The notes beneath the pieces were generated by a model, which was not told the DNA's origin, did not search any database, and was given only the letters and a program-made list of their open reading frames with translations. From NCBI GenBank assembly GCA_041645075.1, contig JBAZQS010000003.1, forward strand, positions 6,710 through 70,709: DNA of 64,000 bases. The letters are read 5' to 3'. This DNA is from Patescibacteria group bacterium. GTDB lineage: Bacteria > Patescibacteriota > Patescibacteriia > 2-01-FULL-39-33. Shown in pieces: positions 19,326-29,767 of this stretch. The first letter of the stretch is position 1. Every line of letters begins with the position of its first letter. A program made the translations under genes and the position numbers.

Positions 19326-20153
19326 TTAAACTTGATAACGGCTGAATTGTTTAATGGAAACGCCACTTAACAAATCAGCAATCTTTTTATCTTCATCTTT
19401 GATAAAGACCTGTTTTAATAAGCAATTATCTTCATAGTATTTCGCCAATTTGCCTTCAATTATTTTAGCCCAAATATTTTCCGGCTCGCCTCGCTGAGTC
19501 GAAGCGGGCTTGCCCCGCTGTTTTAATTGCTCGCGATAAATTTCTTTTTCTTTTTCCAAAACCGCCGGCGGAATATCTTGAATATCAAGATAAAGCGGAT
19601 TCATGGCGGCAACATGCATGGCAATATCGCCGGCTAAGGCATCGCTGCCGCCAGTCAAAACTACAACCGCAGCCACTTTTTTATTAGAGTGCAGATAACT
19701 GCCGATTACCGCGCCGGACAAAATTTCATATCTGCTTAATTTTATATTTTCTCCGATTTTAACTGCCAATTCATTTTTAATCACGGCTTCGGCCCAAGAA
19801 CCGAATTCTTCTATATTAGATTCTAATAATTTTTGGGCGAGCTTATCGGCCGTCTTGATAAAATCATCATTTCTAGCCACAAAGTCGGTTTCGCAATTTA
19901 AAACAACGGCCGCCACTTTTTGCCTGCTTCGACTCGCGTCGAGCGAGGCGAGCCCGTCCCGAGCAATGGCAATCACGCCCTCATTGGCGCTCCGGTCTGA
20001 TTTTTTGGCGGCCTTGATTTCACCGCTCTTTCTTAAAATTTCCACGGCTTTAGTCAATTCCCCGCCCGCCTCTTCAAGCGCCTTTTGGCAATCGCCAATA
20101 CCGGCGCCGGTTTGCTCGCGAAGTTTAACGATGGTTTGAGTGTCTATAGACAT
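19326..20153 (-). CDS. tsf: Translation elongation factor Ts (two repeat-derived insertions)
   Basis: KLREQTGAGIGDCQKAL, NCETDFVA, IAMHVAAMNP; downstream of rpsB. Confidence 0.97.
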   Translation of the reverse strand: MSIDTQTIVKLREQTGAGIGDCQKALEEAGGELTKAVEILRKSGEIKAAKKSDRSANEGVIAIARDGLASLDASRSRQKVAAVVLNCETDFVARNDDFIKTADKLAQKLLESNIEEFGSWAEAVIKNELAVKIGENIKLSRYEILSGAVIGSYLHSNKKVAAVVVLTGGSDALAGDIAMHVAAMNPLYLDIQDIPPAVLEKEKEIYREQLKQRGKPASTQRGEPENIWAKIIEGKLAKYYEDNCLLKQVFIKDEDKKIADLLSGVSIKQFSRYQV

Positions 20154-20196
20154 AGTCACTTATTATTAAATTATTTATTTTTTATTACCAGCACAA

Positions 20197-20310
20197 TAAA
20201 TTTTCAATTTACAATTTACAATAAATGTCTCAATGAATCAATTTTCAAATTGTTTGAATTATTGAAAATTGAAAATTCATTGTAAATTGAGAATTGATAA
20301 TTGAAAATTT
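20197..20310. repeat. Heptamer-based inverted-repeat element (TTTCAAT / ATTGAAA arms)
   Basis: Tandem 7-mers on the left arm mirrored by their reverse complements; related copy at 31746-31835. Confidence 0.65.
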
Positions 20311-21001
20311 ATTTTGTGGCTTCCACTTTTCCTTCCTTAACCGCCTCGGCAATCAAGCCGGTGATTATTTCAATTGACTTGACCGCGTCGTCATTGGCCG
20401 GTATGGGATAATCAATCAAATCGGGATTGATATTGGTATCGCAAAAAGCCACAATGGGTATTTTGCGCTTGCGGGCTTCGGCCACGGCCGTCTTTTCCTT
20501 TTTAACATCCAAAACAAAAATGGCCTCGGGTATTTTTTTCAGTTCCGCCAGGCCGCCGACTAATTTTTTTAATTTTTCAATTTCCTTCTGGAATTCCACC
20601 TGCTCTTTTTTGGTATATTTTTCCAAAGCGCCCGAGTCCTTTTTTTCCGTCAATTCCTTGTATTTTTTAATCAATTTATTGACATTGGAAAAATTAGTGA
20701 ATAAGCCGCCAATCCACCTTTCGCTGATATAGGGCATGCCGCACGCCAAGGCGTATTTTTCTATGATTTTCTGGCCCTGTCTTTTTGTGCCCACAAATAA
20801 AATAACCCCGCCCCTCTGCACTGTCTCTTTAACGAAGTCGGTGGCGATTTGCAATTTCTCCACGGTCTTTTCCAAATCAATAATGTGAACGCCTCCGCGT
20901 TCAGTAAAAATGAAGTCCTTCATCTTGGGGTGCCAACGGCCTTTCTGGTGGCCGAAATGCACGCCCGCCTGAAGCAATTCTAAAAGTGTCGGTAATTTCA
21001 T
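20309..21001 (-). CDS. rpsB: 30S ribosomal protein S2
   Basis: LLQAGVHFGH..RWHPKM, FVGTKRQ, PANDDA. Confidence 0.98.
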   Translation of the reverse strand: MKLPTLLELLQAGVHFGHQKGRWHPKMKDFIFTERGGVHIIDLEKTVEKLQIATDFVKETVQRGGVILFVGTKRQGQKIIEKYALACGMPYISERWIGGLFTNFSNVNKLIKKYKELTEKKDSGALEKYTKKEQVEFQKEIEKLKKLVGGLAELKKIPEAIFVLDVKKEKTAVAEARKRKIPIVAFCDTNINPDLIDYPIPANDDAVKSIEIITGLIAEAVKEGKVEATK

Positions 21002-21016
21002 ATTTTTTCCTTTTTT

Positions 21017-21070
21017 AACCTCTGCTTCTCCCCCGTTTCCGGGAAGGAATTTCGAAAAGCATGAAGTGAT
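21017..21070 (-). promoter_or_regulatory. Possible structured rpsB leader (S2 autoregulatory element)
   Basis: TGCTTTTC...GAGAAGCA pairing with internal hairpin and GAGG directly upstream of rpsB; position fits, fold not computed. Confidence 0.3.
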
Positions 21071-21350
21071 TTATTAAAACCTTAATAAAAGATCAGATAT
21101 AATTTAGCAGATTAATTATAAAATGTCAAATTTTATTTTTTCCTCTCCTCGTCTTGAGGAGAGGATTAAGGTGAGGTCTAAAATAAAAACCCCCAACATT
21201 ATAGCTGGGGGTATATTCATTTACGTTTATGTTCCGATTTTTTCGGAACAATTTTATAATCATCGGGCGGGGGGCTTACAAATCCTGGCCTTCAATCCAT
21301 GGAATACGCTCGCGCTTTTGGGTATCGAGGCACCCGTGAAAACGTAAGAA

Positions 21351-22307
21351 TTAAAAACCCCAATTGCGTCGCTCATCAAATAATTGGTCTCTCATTATTG
21401 AGCCAAATGAAACCGGTCGGCTAAACATGGAGCTTATTGGCGACATACAATCAATTCTTGGGGCGTCTTCTCTTCTTATCATATGGCCTACTGTAAAGCG
21501 GTTCTCAAAATCGCCAATGCGACCCATGGTCATATCACGCTCCTCTATCTCGCGTGCCTGGCGTTTCATTATCTGATCCAGCACTGTCTCTCCCCACCTT
21601 ACCGGAGCCATGTAATCTTCATAACTTCTTTCTACAGGCGGCAACACCGGCGAAGCAGTTCTCTTTGGCCACTGCGATTCTATTTCTTCCCATGGCTTTG
21701 GGCTAGTAGTCCTGTGGCTGGATGACTTGGGTCTAAACATTTCGGGTCTAAGCCCGGTCAGTTCTAACGTAGGAGCTGGTCTTGGAAATATTAGTGTTGG
21801 TTCTTCTTTTTCTCCAAACAAGCTTTTCATAGATCTTTCAAACAGGCCTTGCATAGACCTTTCTCTTTCTTCTTTTTCTCTCCTCCTGCCTTCCAGATAT
21901 CTTTCAGCCCATGCTATAGAGCTTTCCGGTTCATCAGGAACTCCGCGAGAGACGCTGTGAGTTTGTTGATGTCTGAGTATGGTCGACCTCTCAAGCCCGC
22001 CACAAAGGTCGTTAAGCACGCTCCACTGGGTGGTTGCTTCCAGACCCGTACTGAGTGTGGTGTGTGTCCTCCCCCTGTCTGTTGTGGCGTGCAATTTAGA
22101 GCTCTTAGAATTGAATGAGAAATGCGCGCCGTCATCAGAATCTGCATCAATCAGGAGCCCCATTGACCCGGTTGACTTATGTTTCCAGCCATAAGAGTCT
22201 GCATTTGAAGGCATTAACCGCTTCCTTGCTTCTTCTCTCTCCAGCCTCTCTTCCATCCATGTTTTCTTGGGTTCTTCTGTTTCTCCCAAGAAGTATATCT
22301 TATCCAT
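21351..22307 (-). CDS. Hypothetical protein, Arg/Ser/Glu-rich, likely largely disordered
   Basis: 318-aa ORF with AAGGAG SD and its own TTGACA-N17-TATAAA promoter. Confidence 0.65.
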   Translation of the reverse strand: MDKIYFLGETEEPKKTWMEERLEREEARKRLMPSNADSYGWKHKSTGSMGLLIDADSDDGAHFSFNSKSSKLHATTDRGRTHTTLSTGLEATTQWSVLNDLCGGLERSTILRHQQTHSVSRGVPDEPESSIAWAERYLEGRRREKEERERSMQGLFERSMKSLFGEKEEPTLIFPRPAPTLELTGLRPEMFRPKSSSHRTTSPKPWEEIESQWPKRTASPVLPPVERSYEDYMAPVRWGETVLDQIMKRQAREIEERDMTMGRIGDFENRFTVGHMIRREDAPRIDCMSPISSMFSRPVSFGSIMRDQLFDERRNWGF

Positions 22308-22366
22308 TTTCCTTCTCCTTTTAATGGTAAATGATGGGTTTAAATTTTTAGGGTGCGATTAACTAA

Positions 22367-22395
22367 TTTATACCACTTAGCCAAAAATTTGTCAA
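22367..22395 (-). promoter_or_regulatory. sigma70 promoter for 21351-22307 ORF
   Basis: TTGACA-N17-TATAAA on minus strand. Confidence 0.65.
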
Positions 22396-22422
22396 ATAAA
22401 AATTCTCCGGGCAATCCCGCTA

Positions 22423-22451
22423 TTGACTTTTCGCCATGAAGCCAATATAAT
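22423..22451 (+). promoter_or_regulatory. sigma70 promoter for rpmE-prfA operon
   Basis: TTGACT-N17-TATAAT. Confidence 0.75.
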
Positions 22452-22481
22452 TATACTATCAAGAAAATCATTTAATTTCTT

Positions 22482-22778
22482 ATGAAAAAAGACATCCATC
22501 CGAAGTATTATCCCGAAGCAAAAGTCACTTGTGCTTGTGGCAATGTTTTTACCGTGGGTTCAACCGTGGAAAGCATTAATGTGGAAATCTGCTCGGCTTG
22601 CCATCCCTTTTATACGGGCAAACAAAAATTAGTTGACTCGGCCCGGCGGGTTGATAAATTTGAAAAACGGGTCGCCAAGAAAGCCGAAATCCAAGGCGCC
22701 AGAAAAGGCAAGAAAATCAAAAAAGAAAAACAAAAAACCATTAAAACGGCCAAAAGGGTAAAAATTGCGGCTGAATGA
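22482..22778 (+). CDS. rpmE: 50S ribosomal protein L31 (zinc-binding type)
   Basis: [23 protein letters not shown]. Confidence 0.98.
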   Translation: MKKDIHPKYYPEAKVTCACGNVFTVGSTVESINVEICSACHPFYTGKQKLVDSARRVDKFEKRVAKKAEIQGARKGKKIKKEKQKTIKTAKRVKIAAE

Positions 22779-23839
22779 AAGATAAGTTAGATAAACTACA
22801 ATATAGGTTTGACGAATTGGAACGACTCCTCCAAGATGAGACGGTAATTTCTGACGCCCAAAAAATCAAAAAAATTTCCCAAGAATATAATGACCTTAAG
22901 GAAATCATCCAGGCAAAAAACGATTTGGAAAAAACCGAAAACGATTTAAAAGAGATAAAAAATATTATTAAAGAAAATGAGGATGACGAGGAATTAAAAA
23001 AAATATCAGAAGAAGAAAAAATAACCTTGGAGAAAAAGAGGGCGGAATTGGAACAAAAAATTAAATCGCTGCTCATGCCCAAAGACCCAAACGACGGTAA
23101 AAACGCGATTATAGAAATCAGGGCTGGCGCCGGCGGCGATGAATCGGCCCTGTTTGCGTCTGAACTTTTCCGGATGTATTCCCGCTTTGCCGAAAAGAAA
23201 AATTGGAAACCAAGATTATTATCAGCCAACAGAATCGGCCTGGGCGGTTTTAAAGAGGTAATTTTTGAAATTACCGGTAAATCTGCCTATGGCGCCATGA
23301 AATTTGAAAGCGGCGTTCATCGGGTTCAGCGCGTGCCCGAAACCGAAAAAAAGGGGCGCGTCCATACCTCTACGGTAACCGTGGCGGTCTTGCCCGAGGC
23401 AGAAGAAGTTGAATTGGCCATAGACCCGAAGGACTTGCGGCTTGATACTTTCTGCGCCGGCGGGCACGGCGGCCAAAGCGTGAACACCACTTATTCGGCT
23501 GTCCGCCTTACTCATCTGCCAACGGGAATTGTGGTCTCCTGCCAAGATGAGAGATCGCAATTGCAAAACAAAGAAAAAGCCATGGTGATTTTACGGTCAA
23601 GATTATTGGCGGCGAAAAAAGAGGCAGAGGCAAAAAAACTTGGCGAGACCAGAAAATCACAAATCGGCACGGGCGACCGGAGCGAGAAAATCAGAACCTA
23701 TAATTTTCCTCAAGACCGCATAACCGACCATCGTCTTGGTGAAAATTTTGGCAATATCCCAAGTATCTTAGACGGCAATCTTGATGAGATGATTAAGGCG
23801 GTAAAAAGCCGGGTGGAATTAGAAGCCATAAAAGATTAA
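22775..23839 (+). CDS. prfA: Peptide chain release factor 1
   Basis: [24 protein letters not shown] motif, IRTYNFPQ. Confidence 0.98.
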   Translation: MKDKLDKLQYRFDELERLLQDETVISDAQKIKKISQEYNDLKEIIQAKNDLEKTENDLKEIKNIIKENEDDEELKKISEEEKITLEKKRAELEQKIKSLLMPKDPNDGKNAIIEIRAGAGGDESALFASELFRMYSRFAEKKNWKPRLLSANRIGLGGFKEVIFEITGKSAYGAMKFESGVHRVQRVPETEKKGRVHTSTVTVAVLPEAEEVELAIDPKDLRLDTFCAGGHGGQSVNTTYSAVRLTHLPTGIVVSCQDERSQLQNKEKAMVILRSRLLAAKKEAEAKKLGETRKSQIGTGDRSEKIRTYNFPQDRITDHRLGENFGNIPSILDGNLDEMIKAVKSRVELEAIKD

Positions 23840-23841
23840 TT

Positions 23842-24513
23842 ATGAATGAAAAGAATAAAAAAATTTCCCTAATTATCCCCGCCCATAATGAAGAGGAAAA
23901 TCTCGGGCGCGTTTTAAAGGTGGTTATCCAAGTGCCCGAAATAGATGAGATCTTAGTGGTGGTTGATGCCTGCAGCGACAAAACCGCCGAGGTGGCCCAG
24001 AAATACGGCGTTAAAACCTTAATCAGAAAAACCAGCAAGGGCAAAGGCGAGGCCATGATTGATGGCGTAAATCATACCACGGGCGGAATCTTGATGTTTG
24101 CCGACGCGGATTTGGAAAATTTAACGGTGCGCCATGTTCAAAAAGTTCTTGAACCGGTAATTAATGGCCGGGCTTCTATGTCGGTCGGCCTGCGGGATAG
24201 AATTTTCGGCTTGGGCGCCTTGATTCCCAGATTATTTCCCATGTATGCCATCGGCGGCGAAAGAGCCATGGCCAGAAAATTTTTTGATTTAATCCCCAAA
24301 GATGAAAACACTTTGGACTTTGGCATTGAGACGGTAATGAATTATTTTGCCAAGAAGCACAAACTGAAAGTGGCCTATCCGATTTTAAAAAATCTGCATC
24401 AAGTCATTAAAGAAAAAAAGTGGGGTTTTTGGCGCGGCCTTATTTCGCGAATGGGATTGTTTTGGCAGGTTTGGCGGACTCGTTTTATTATGAAGCGCAG
24501 AAAAAATCTCTAA
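23842..24513 (+). CDS. Glycosyltransferase family 2
   Basis: IIPAHNEE, VVVDAC.D.T, GKGEA, FADADL. Confidence 0.9.
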   Translation: MNEKNKKISLIIPAHNEEENLGRVLKVVIQVPEIDEILVVVDACSDKTAEVAQKYGVKTLIRKTSKGKGEAMIDGVNHTTGGILMFADADLENLTVRHVQKVLEPVINGRASMSVGLRDRIFGLGALIPRLFPMYAIGGERAMARKFFDLIPKDENTLDFGIETVMNYFAKKHKLKVAYPILKNLHQVIKEKKWGFWRGLISRMGLFWQVWRTRFIMKRRKNL

Positions 24514-24543
24514 AGCCCGCAGGGGCTTTTTAAAAAACGCGCT

Positions 24544-25395
24544 ATGACCATAAATCAGGCGTTAAAAAATGGGATAAAAAAATTAAAAACGGCCGAGGAT
24601 GGTTCAGCCATTCTTGACGCGGAAGTTTTATTGGCTTTTATTTTAAAAAAAGATAAAGAATTTTTATATACCAATCCGACGACTCGGCCGCGAAAAAACC
24701 AGCTTAAAAATTTTTATAAGCTAATCGCTCGGCGCGCCAAAAACGAACCCGTGGCTTATCTGACAAGTCAAAAAGAATTTTATGGCTTGGATTTTTATGT
24801 CAATAAAAACGTCTTAATCCCCCGCCCGGCCACGGAATTATTGGTTGAAGAGGCCTTGAATTATATTAAAAAAATAAAAGCAAAGAATCTCACTATCTGC
24901 GATGTAGGCGCCGGATCTGGCGCGATTATTATTGCTCTCGCTAAAAATATTAAAAAATCGCTTCCTAAACAAAATTTTAAATTCATGGGCGCGGATATTT
25001 CCCGCGGCGCCCTAAACGTCGCTCAAAAAAACGCCAAAGCGCATAAGATAAAAATCAATTTTCTCAAAAGTAATCTTTTAAAAAATCTAACCGATAAAAA
25101 AATAGATATTTTAACCGCCAATCTCCCCTATCTTAAAAACCGTGAGATTAGGGGCGCCTTAAAATACGAACCGAAACGCGCCTTAAGCGGCGGCCAAAGA
25201 GGCGCCGAGATTTTTAAAAAATTATTCCGCCAAATTCCTGATTTAAAATTTCCGCCGAAAATAATTTTTCTAGAGATTGACGACAAGCAAGCCAAAACAT
25301 TAACCGAATTGGCAAAAAATCTGCTTCCTCAATATCAGCGGAAAATAAAAAAAGATTTTAGCGGCCTTGATCGTTTACTTATCCTTAAAATTTAA
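24544..25395 (+). CDS. prmC: Release factor glutamine methyltransferase
   Basis: EPVAY, VLIPRP.TE, DVGAGSG, NLPY motif. Confidence 0.95.
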   Translation: MTINQALKNGIKKLKTAEDGSAILDAEVLLAFILKKDKEFLYTNPTTRPRKNQLKNFYKLIARRAKNEPVAYLTSQKEFYGLDFYVNKNVLIPRPATELLVEEALNYIKKIKAKNLTICDVGAGSGAIIIALAKNIKKSLPKQNFKFMGADISRGALNVAQKNAKAHKIKINFLKSNLLKNLTDKKIDILTANLPYLKNREIRGALKYEPKRALSGGQRGAEIFKKLFRQIPDLKFPPKIIFLEIDDKQAKTLTELAKNLLPQYQRKIKKDFSGLDRLLILKI

Positions 25396-25905
25396 AGGGC
25401 CCGGAACTTAATTCTCTTAGAATTTTGCTCCGAGCCCAGTCAGGGATTTTATAGATTTTGCCTCTCCGAATTATTGGGTGTGCCGCCAATATGCCGCACC
25501 GAAGGAGTGGTGGGTATTAAACCCTGAAGCATAAATTTACCCCATGGAATAGGGTTAAGCTTCAAACCTCCAAGACCCAATGTTCCGGGGATGTTCTGCG
25601 GAAACGACCTGCCGAAAAAGGTACTGCCGAAACAATTCAAGGTGAAAGATATGGTTTATCCGCTTACCCGCCAAAACACAAGAGTTCGAACTGGAGTTTA
25701 AAACCAGTTGGATTTACCGGCGAGTAAGGCACGTCTGTGGGAATAATTGCTTGGGGGGCTTATTCCCGGCGCCCCATGATTAGCCCAGCAGTTGACGCAT
25801 ATCAGACCTCCTTCCACCTCAATTCTAATATGGATCCTCCTCTAATCCATTTTATTCACTTATTTAAATTAAATATACTACTTAAAATTGCGGCCGTCAA
25901 ATCGA

Positions 25906-26015
25906 ACCCCTCACCCTACCCTCTCCCCGATTACGGGGCGAGGGACTTTTAATAACTATGCCCCTTTCTTAATCACCCTCTCCCTAATGGGAGAGGGCAG
26001 GGTGAGGGCAGGGTG
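25906..26015. repeat. CCCTCACCC..CTCTCCC / GGGAGAGGG..GGGTGAGGG palindromic repeat cluster
   Basis: Same family as 6106-6146, 21142-21178, 33705-33824 and 54757-54850. Confidence 0.65.
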
Positions 26016-26029
26016 ATGGGTGTATTGTG

Positions 26030-26710
26030 TTAGATGGCTTTTGATTGTTTCTTGGCTGACTGGCCGTCTGGGGTCGGTTTTTCGGCTTCCGCCGGCTGGC
26101 TTTCACCCTCCACTGCGACAACCGGTTCGACGGGCTTTTCTTCGGCAACCTCAACTTTCGGCGCGGCCACCATGGCCACCACATCCTCGGCTTCGTGTCC
26201 GATGATTTCAATATTTTTCGGCAATTTCAAATCCTTAATTATAATGACATCATTAAACTTCTCTAACGAGGAAATATCAACTTCAATCTCATGAATCAAA
26301 TCGGCAGGCAGACATCTGATTTCTAATTCGCTTAAATTGTGAATCAAGACGCCGCCGTCTTCTTTGGCTGATTTTGATTCACCGATAAATTTTAATTCTA
26401 CGGCCGTGGTAATCTTTTCATCCATTCTGATTTGCTGAAGGTCAATATGAAAAAGCCGTCCCTTGATCGGATCGGATTGAACTTCGGCGATTAAGACCTT
26501 AAGGGGAACGGCGCCGTCTAAAATTAAATCAACGATCGTATTTTCACCCGCCTCTCGGTAGACCTTTTCAAAAGCGATATAATCCAATTCTAAATTTTGA
26601 TTAGCCGTACCATGGCCGTACAAAACCGCCGGGATTTTATTGGCTTGGCGCAGGGAATATACTTTTTTACCGGTTATCTCCCTTTTTTTCGCTTCTAATT
26701 TGATGGTCAT
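26030..26710 (-). CDS. rplY: 50S ribosomal protein L25 (CTC type)
   Basis: IPAVLYGHG, HIDL, C-terminal TL5 domain and acidic tail. Confidence 0.95.
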   Translation of the reverse strand: MTIKLEAKKREITGKKVYSLRQANKIPAVLYGHGTANQNLELDYIAFEKVYREAGENTIVDLILDGAVPLKVLIAEVQSDPIKGRLFHIDLQQIRMDEKITTAVELKFIGESKSAKEDGGVLIHNLSELEIRCLPADLIHEIEVDISSLEKFNDVIIIKDLKLPKNIEIIGHEAEDVVAMVAAPKVEVAEEKPVEPVVAVEGESQPAEAEKPTPDGQSAKKQSKAI

Positions 26711-26768
26711 AATTAATGATTATTTTATTTGATTTATTTAATAACTAATTGAATGAATGCGATTTAAA

Positions 26769-26833
26769 TTTACCCTGTGGAATAAAATTTTTTTAGAAAA
26801 ATTTATGGCGATAGCCATATTCCACGGGGTAAA
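26769..26833. repeat. CCCTGTGGAATA...TATTCCACGGGG inverted-repeat element
   Basis: 16-bp near-perfect arms around an AT-rich filler; arms resemble those flanking the nested tRNA at 52156-52261. Confidence 0.6.
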
Positions 26834-26867
26834 TATAGCTTAAATTTGAAAAAAAGTCAAACGCCAA

Positions 26868-26898
26868 ACCCCGCCTCGACGTGACATCGGGGCGGGGT
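26868..26898. repeat. CCCCGACGTNACRTCGGGG palindrome family copy
   Basis: Related copies near 6988, 33521, 53302, 58944, 63615. Confidence 0.75.
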
Positions 26899-26934
26899 TT
26901 ACAATCTAATTTAAAGACGGCGTTTAAAATCAAT

Positions 26935-27291
26935 TTATATTAAATTTAAATCTCTTTCCGGCTCGCCGGATTTTAACGCCTCATATACGCCCAAAAGCTC
27001 ATCACTGTTAATTTTCGCTGATTCTCTGAATTTATTGACTTCTTGGCTGTCTAAGTCGGTAATCAAGCCGACCGAGCTAACGCCAAAACTATTAGCCAAA
27101 ATTAAAGCCACGATCGCGGATTTGCATCGGCCGCATTTCACATAAATCAAATGGGCGGTTTCGTTTTCATCTAATATTTTTGCCTCCAAGGGATTATAAT
27201 GGCAATGGCAAACCGGGCAATATGAAACCAATCTCAAAGTATCTTCGGGAAGCCGCCCAAAATCAAACATGGGCTGAATTATATCTTGCAT
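26935..27291 (-). CDS. Hypothetical zinc-ribbon protein
   Basis: CPVC...CGRC; downstream of rodA. Confidence 0.75.
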   Translation of the reverse strand: MQDIIQPMFDFGRLPEDTLRLVSYCPVCHCHYNPLEAKILDENETAHLIYVKCGRCKSAIVALILANSFGVSSVGLITDLDSQEVNKFRESAKINSDELLGVYEALKSGEPERDLNLI

Positions 27292-27366
27292 ATATTAAAT
27301 TTTATTATTGTATTATTAATTATGCTACTTTAAAAAATCTATGTCAAGCGCCTGAACGGAAAAAAT

Positions 27367-27390
27367 TGAGATAGTTGCAAAACCATCTCA
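27367..27390. repeat. Collapsed (TIR-only) MITE derivative
   Basis: TGAGATAGTTGCAAAACCATCTCA is two fused terminal repeats; abuts rodA stop. Confidence 0.7.
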
Positions 27391-28524
27391 TTAAGATTTT
27401 CTGGAGATTATGCTTGAACGATAAATATTGAGCATCATACCCGCCGCGGACATAACCACAATTAAAAAACTGCCCCCATAGCTGATAAACGGCAAAGAAA
27501 TGCCCGTGACCGGCAAAAGACCGATGCCCATGCCGATATTGATAAAAACCTGGACAAAAATCAGGATTAAAACCAACAATGATAAAAATAGGCCGAAGTC
27601 ATCCGGCGCGCTACGGGCAATCCGATAAATTCGGTATAACAATAAAATAAACAAGCCCAGAACCAAAACCACACCCACAAAACCCAGCTCTTCAGCCATG
27701 ACCGAAAAAATAAAATCGGTTTGGCTCTCCGGAATGAATTTTAATTGGCTTTGCGAACCAAAACCCAATCCCCGGCCCATTAGCCGGCCCGCGCCCACCG
27801 CGATAATGGACTGCCGGACATTATAACCTCGCCCTTGTGGGTCTAAAGAAGGATTAATAAATGTTTTAATGCGGTCCCTTTGATAATCTTCAAAAACCAA
27901 AAACCAGCTTGTTAAAAAAACCAGCGCCATCAACCCTAAAACCATGATGATATGCCATTTATTTTTTGTCACCAAAAAGAAAGAGAGAAACCAGATAAAA
28001 AACAAAACCAGGGCCGAACCAAAATCCGGCTGAATCATCACCAAGCCAAGGGGCATGAGCATAATCAAACCGACAAAAATTAATTGCCATAGTTTATGAA
28101 TGGTTCGGGCGTGGCGGCTGTAGACATCAGCCAGACAGAGAATTAAAAAAAGTTTCATCAATTCAACCGGCTGAAAACTAAAAAAACCAAAGGAAAACCA
28201 GCCGCGCGTGCCGCGTATGGTCGAGCCCAGCGGGGTTAAGACCAAAACCAATAAAACCAAGCCGATTATATAGCCAAGCCAGCACCACCGTCGCCAACTA
28301 TGATAATCAATATTGGCGAAGAACAACATAAGCGCCAAACCGGCCGCGAGCCAAATTAACTGCTTCTGAAAATTCATAAATTGCCCTTGACCCTGGCCCA
28401 AAGCCACGCTATAAATCGCGGCCAAGCCAAAAAAAATCAAAAGGATTACGGCCATAAAAAAAAGCCAGTCAATTTTTTTTAAAAAAGGAAAATACCGATC
28501 AAAAATCATATAGTTATTGTTCAA
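27391..28524 (-). CDS. rodA: Rod shape-determining protein RodA (SEDS)
   Basis: SFQPVELMK, QPDFGSA, PESQTDFIFS..AEELG, PVTGISLPFISYGGS. Confidence 0.93.
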   Translation of the reverse strand: MNNNYMIFDRYFPFLKKIDWLFFMAVILLIFFGLAAIYSVALGQGQGQFMNFQKQLIWLAAGLALMLFFANIDYHSWRRWCWLGYIIGLVLLVLVLTPLGSTIRGTRGWFSFGFFSFQPVELMKLFLILCLADVYSRHARTIHKLWQLIFVGLIMLMPLGLVMIQPDFGSALVLFFIWFLSFFLVTKNKWHIIMVLGLMALVFLTSWFLVFEDYQRDRIKTFINPSLDPQGRGYNVRQSIIAVGAGRLMGRGLGFGSQSQLKFIPESQTDFIFSVMAEELGFVGVVLVLGLFILLLYRIYRIARSAPDDFGLFLSLLVLILIFVQVFINIGMGIGLLPVTGISLPFISYGGSFLIVVMSAAGMMLNIYRSSIISRKS

Positions 28525-29758
28525 ATCCGAGGGCGGAGATGGGATTCATTTTGGCGGCGCGCCGGGCCGGATAAAAACCAAAAACCAAACCAACCAGCGC
28601 CGAAAAACCAAAAGCGATGAGCACGGAAAAAATTGGCAATTTAAACGCCCAAGTAAAACCAAATTGCCCAGCGATAATAGCAATTAAATAAGTAAAGCTG
28701 ATGCCCGCCGCTATTCCTATTATACCTCCAAAAACCGTTACCGCAATTGCCTCCCAGAGAAATTGCCATAAAATCTCCAGTTGCCGAGCACCCACGGATT
28801 TGCGCAAGCCGATTTCAAAAGTTCTTTCCGTAACCGAAACATACATAATATTCATAATGCCGATGCCGCCTACCAATAAAGAAATGCTGGCGATGGCCGT
28901 GAGCAACAATGTTATCCCGCCAAAAACCGTGTTGATTGTTTGCCGGGCCTGCTCGGTGGTGGTCACCGCAAAATCATCATCTTGGAAATTTTCAATTTTG
29001 TGGCGTTCCCTTAACAGGGTGGCAATTTCATCAGCGGTTTCATTTTCAATTAACGGATCCTTTACTTGGGCCATAATAAACATAACATAATCAATGCCCA
29101 TGACTAATTTTTGCGCCGTTCTAATCGGCAGATACAGCATCTCATCAAAATTCAAACCAAAACCAGCTCCCCGCTCTTCTAATACGCCGACCACCTTAAA
29201 TTTATTCTTCCCGATTTTAATGTTTTGGTTTATGGGATTTTGGTTGCCGAATAAATCAGAGGCGACTTTACTGCCCAAAACCGCCACCCGGGCCAATTCC
29301 TTATCTTCTTCATGGCTAATAGGCCGACCCAGAGCTAATTTACTGCGGTCAATATTTATCACGTCAGCCGAAGCACCCATAAAATTAATTATTCTATTTT
29401 GGTCCTCATAAGAAACCACGGACTGCCCCATAACCGCGGCATAATAATCCTTGATATTCGGCAATTTGCTGATGGCCTCGGCGTCCTCATTCTTTAGGGT
29501 GGTTATCTGCACGCCTTGCGCCCGGCTTATATCTGAAGAGACCGCATCACTATTGGGTACTTTGGTTTCTACGTGGATAACATCGGTGCCAAAACTTTCT
29601 AACTGGCCGAGAATTAAGCCCTTTATGCTCTCGCCGGCCGAGAGCACGATAATCACGGCCGCAATGCCGATAATAATACCAAAAATTGTCAAAAACGTAC
29701 GGCTTTTATTAAGCAAGAGCGACCGCCAGGCAAGTTTTAGGGGTAAAATAATATTCAT
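28514..29758 (-). CDS. MacB-like ABC transporter permease
   Basis: LTIFGIIIGIAAV, GGIGIMNIMYVSVTERT.EIGLRK, YPARRAA. Confidence 0.92.
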   Translation of the reverse strand: MNIILPLKLAWRSLLLNKSRTFLTIFGIIIGIAAVIIVLSAGESIKGLILGQLESFGTDVIHVETKVPNSDAVSSDISRAQGVQITTLKNEDAEAISKLPNIKDYYAAVMGQSVVSYEDQNRIINFMGASADVINIDRSKLALGRPISHEEDKELARVAVLGSKVASDLFGNQNPINQNIKIGKNKFKVVGVLEERGAGFGLNFDEMLYLPIRTAQKLVMGIDYVMFIMAQVKDPLIENETADEIATLLRERHKIENFQDDDFAVTTTEQARQTINTVFGGITLLLTAIASISLLVGGIGIMNIMYVSVTERTFEIGLRKSVGARQLEILWQFLWEAIAVTVFGGIIGIAAGISFTYLIAIIAGQFGFTWAFKLPIFSVLIAFGFSALVGLVFGFYPARRAAKMNPISALGFEQ

Positions 29759-29767
29759 TTTTAAATT

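Noticed and set aside
25449-25952. Short ORFs between prmC and rplY
   Set aside because: Fragmentary frames with no recognisable motif; could be a decayed gene but cannot be supported
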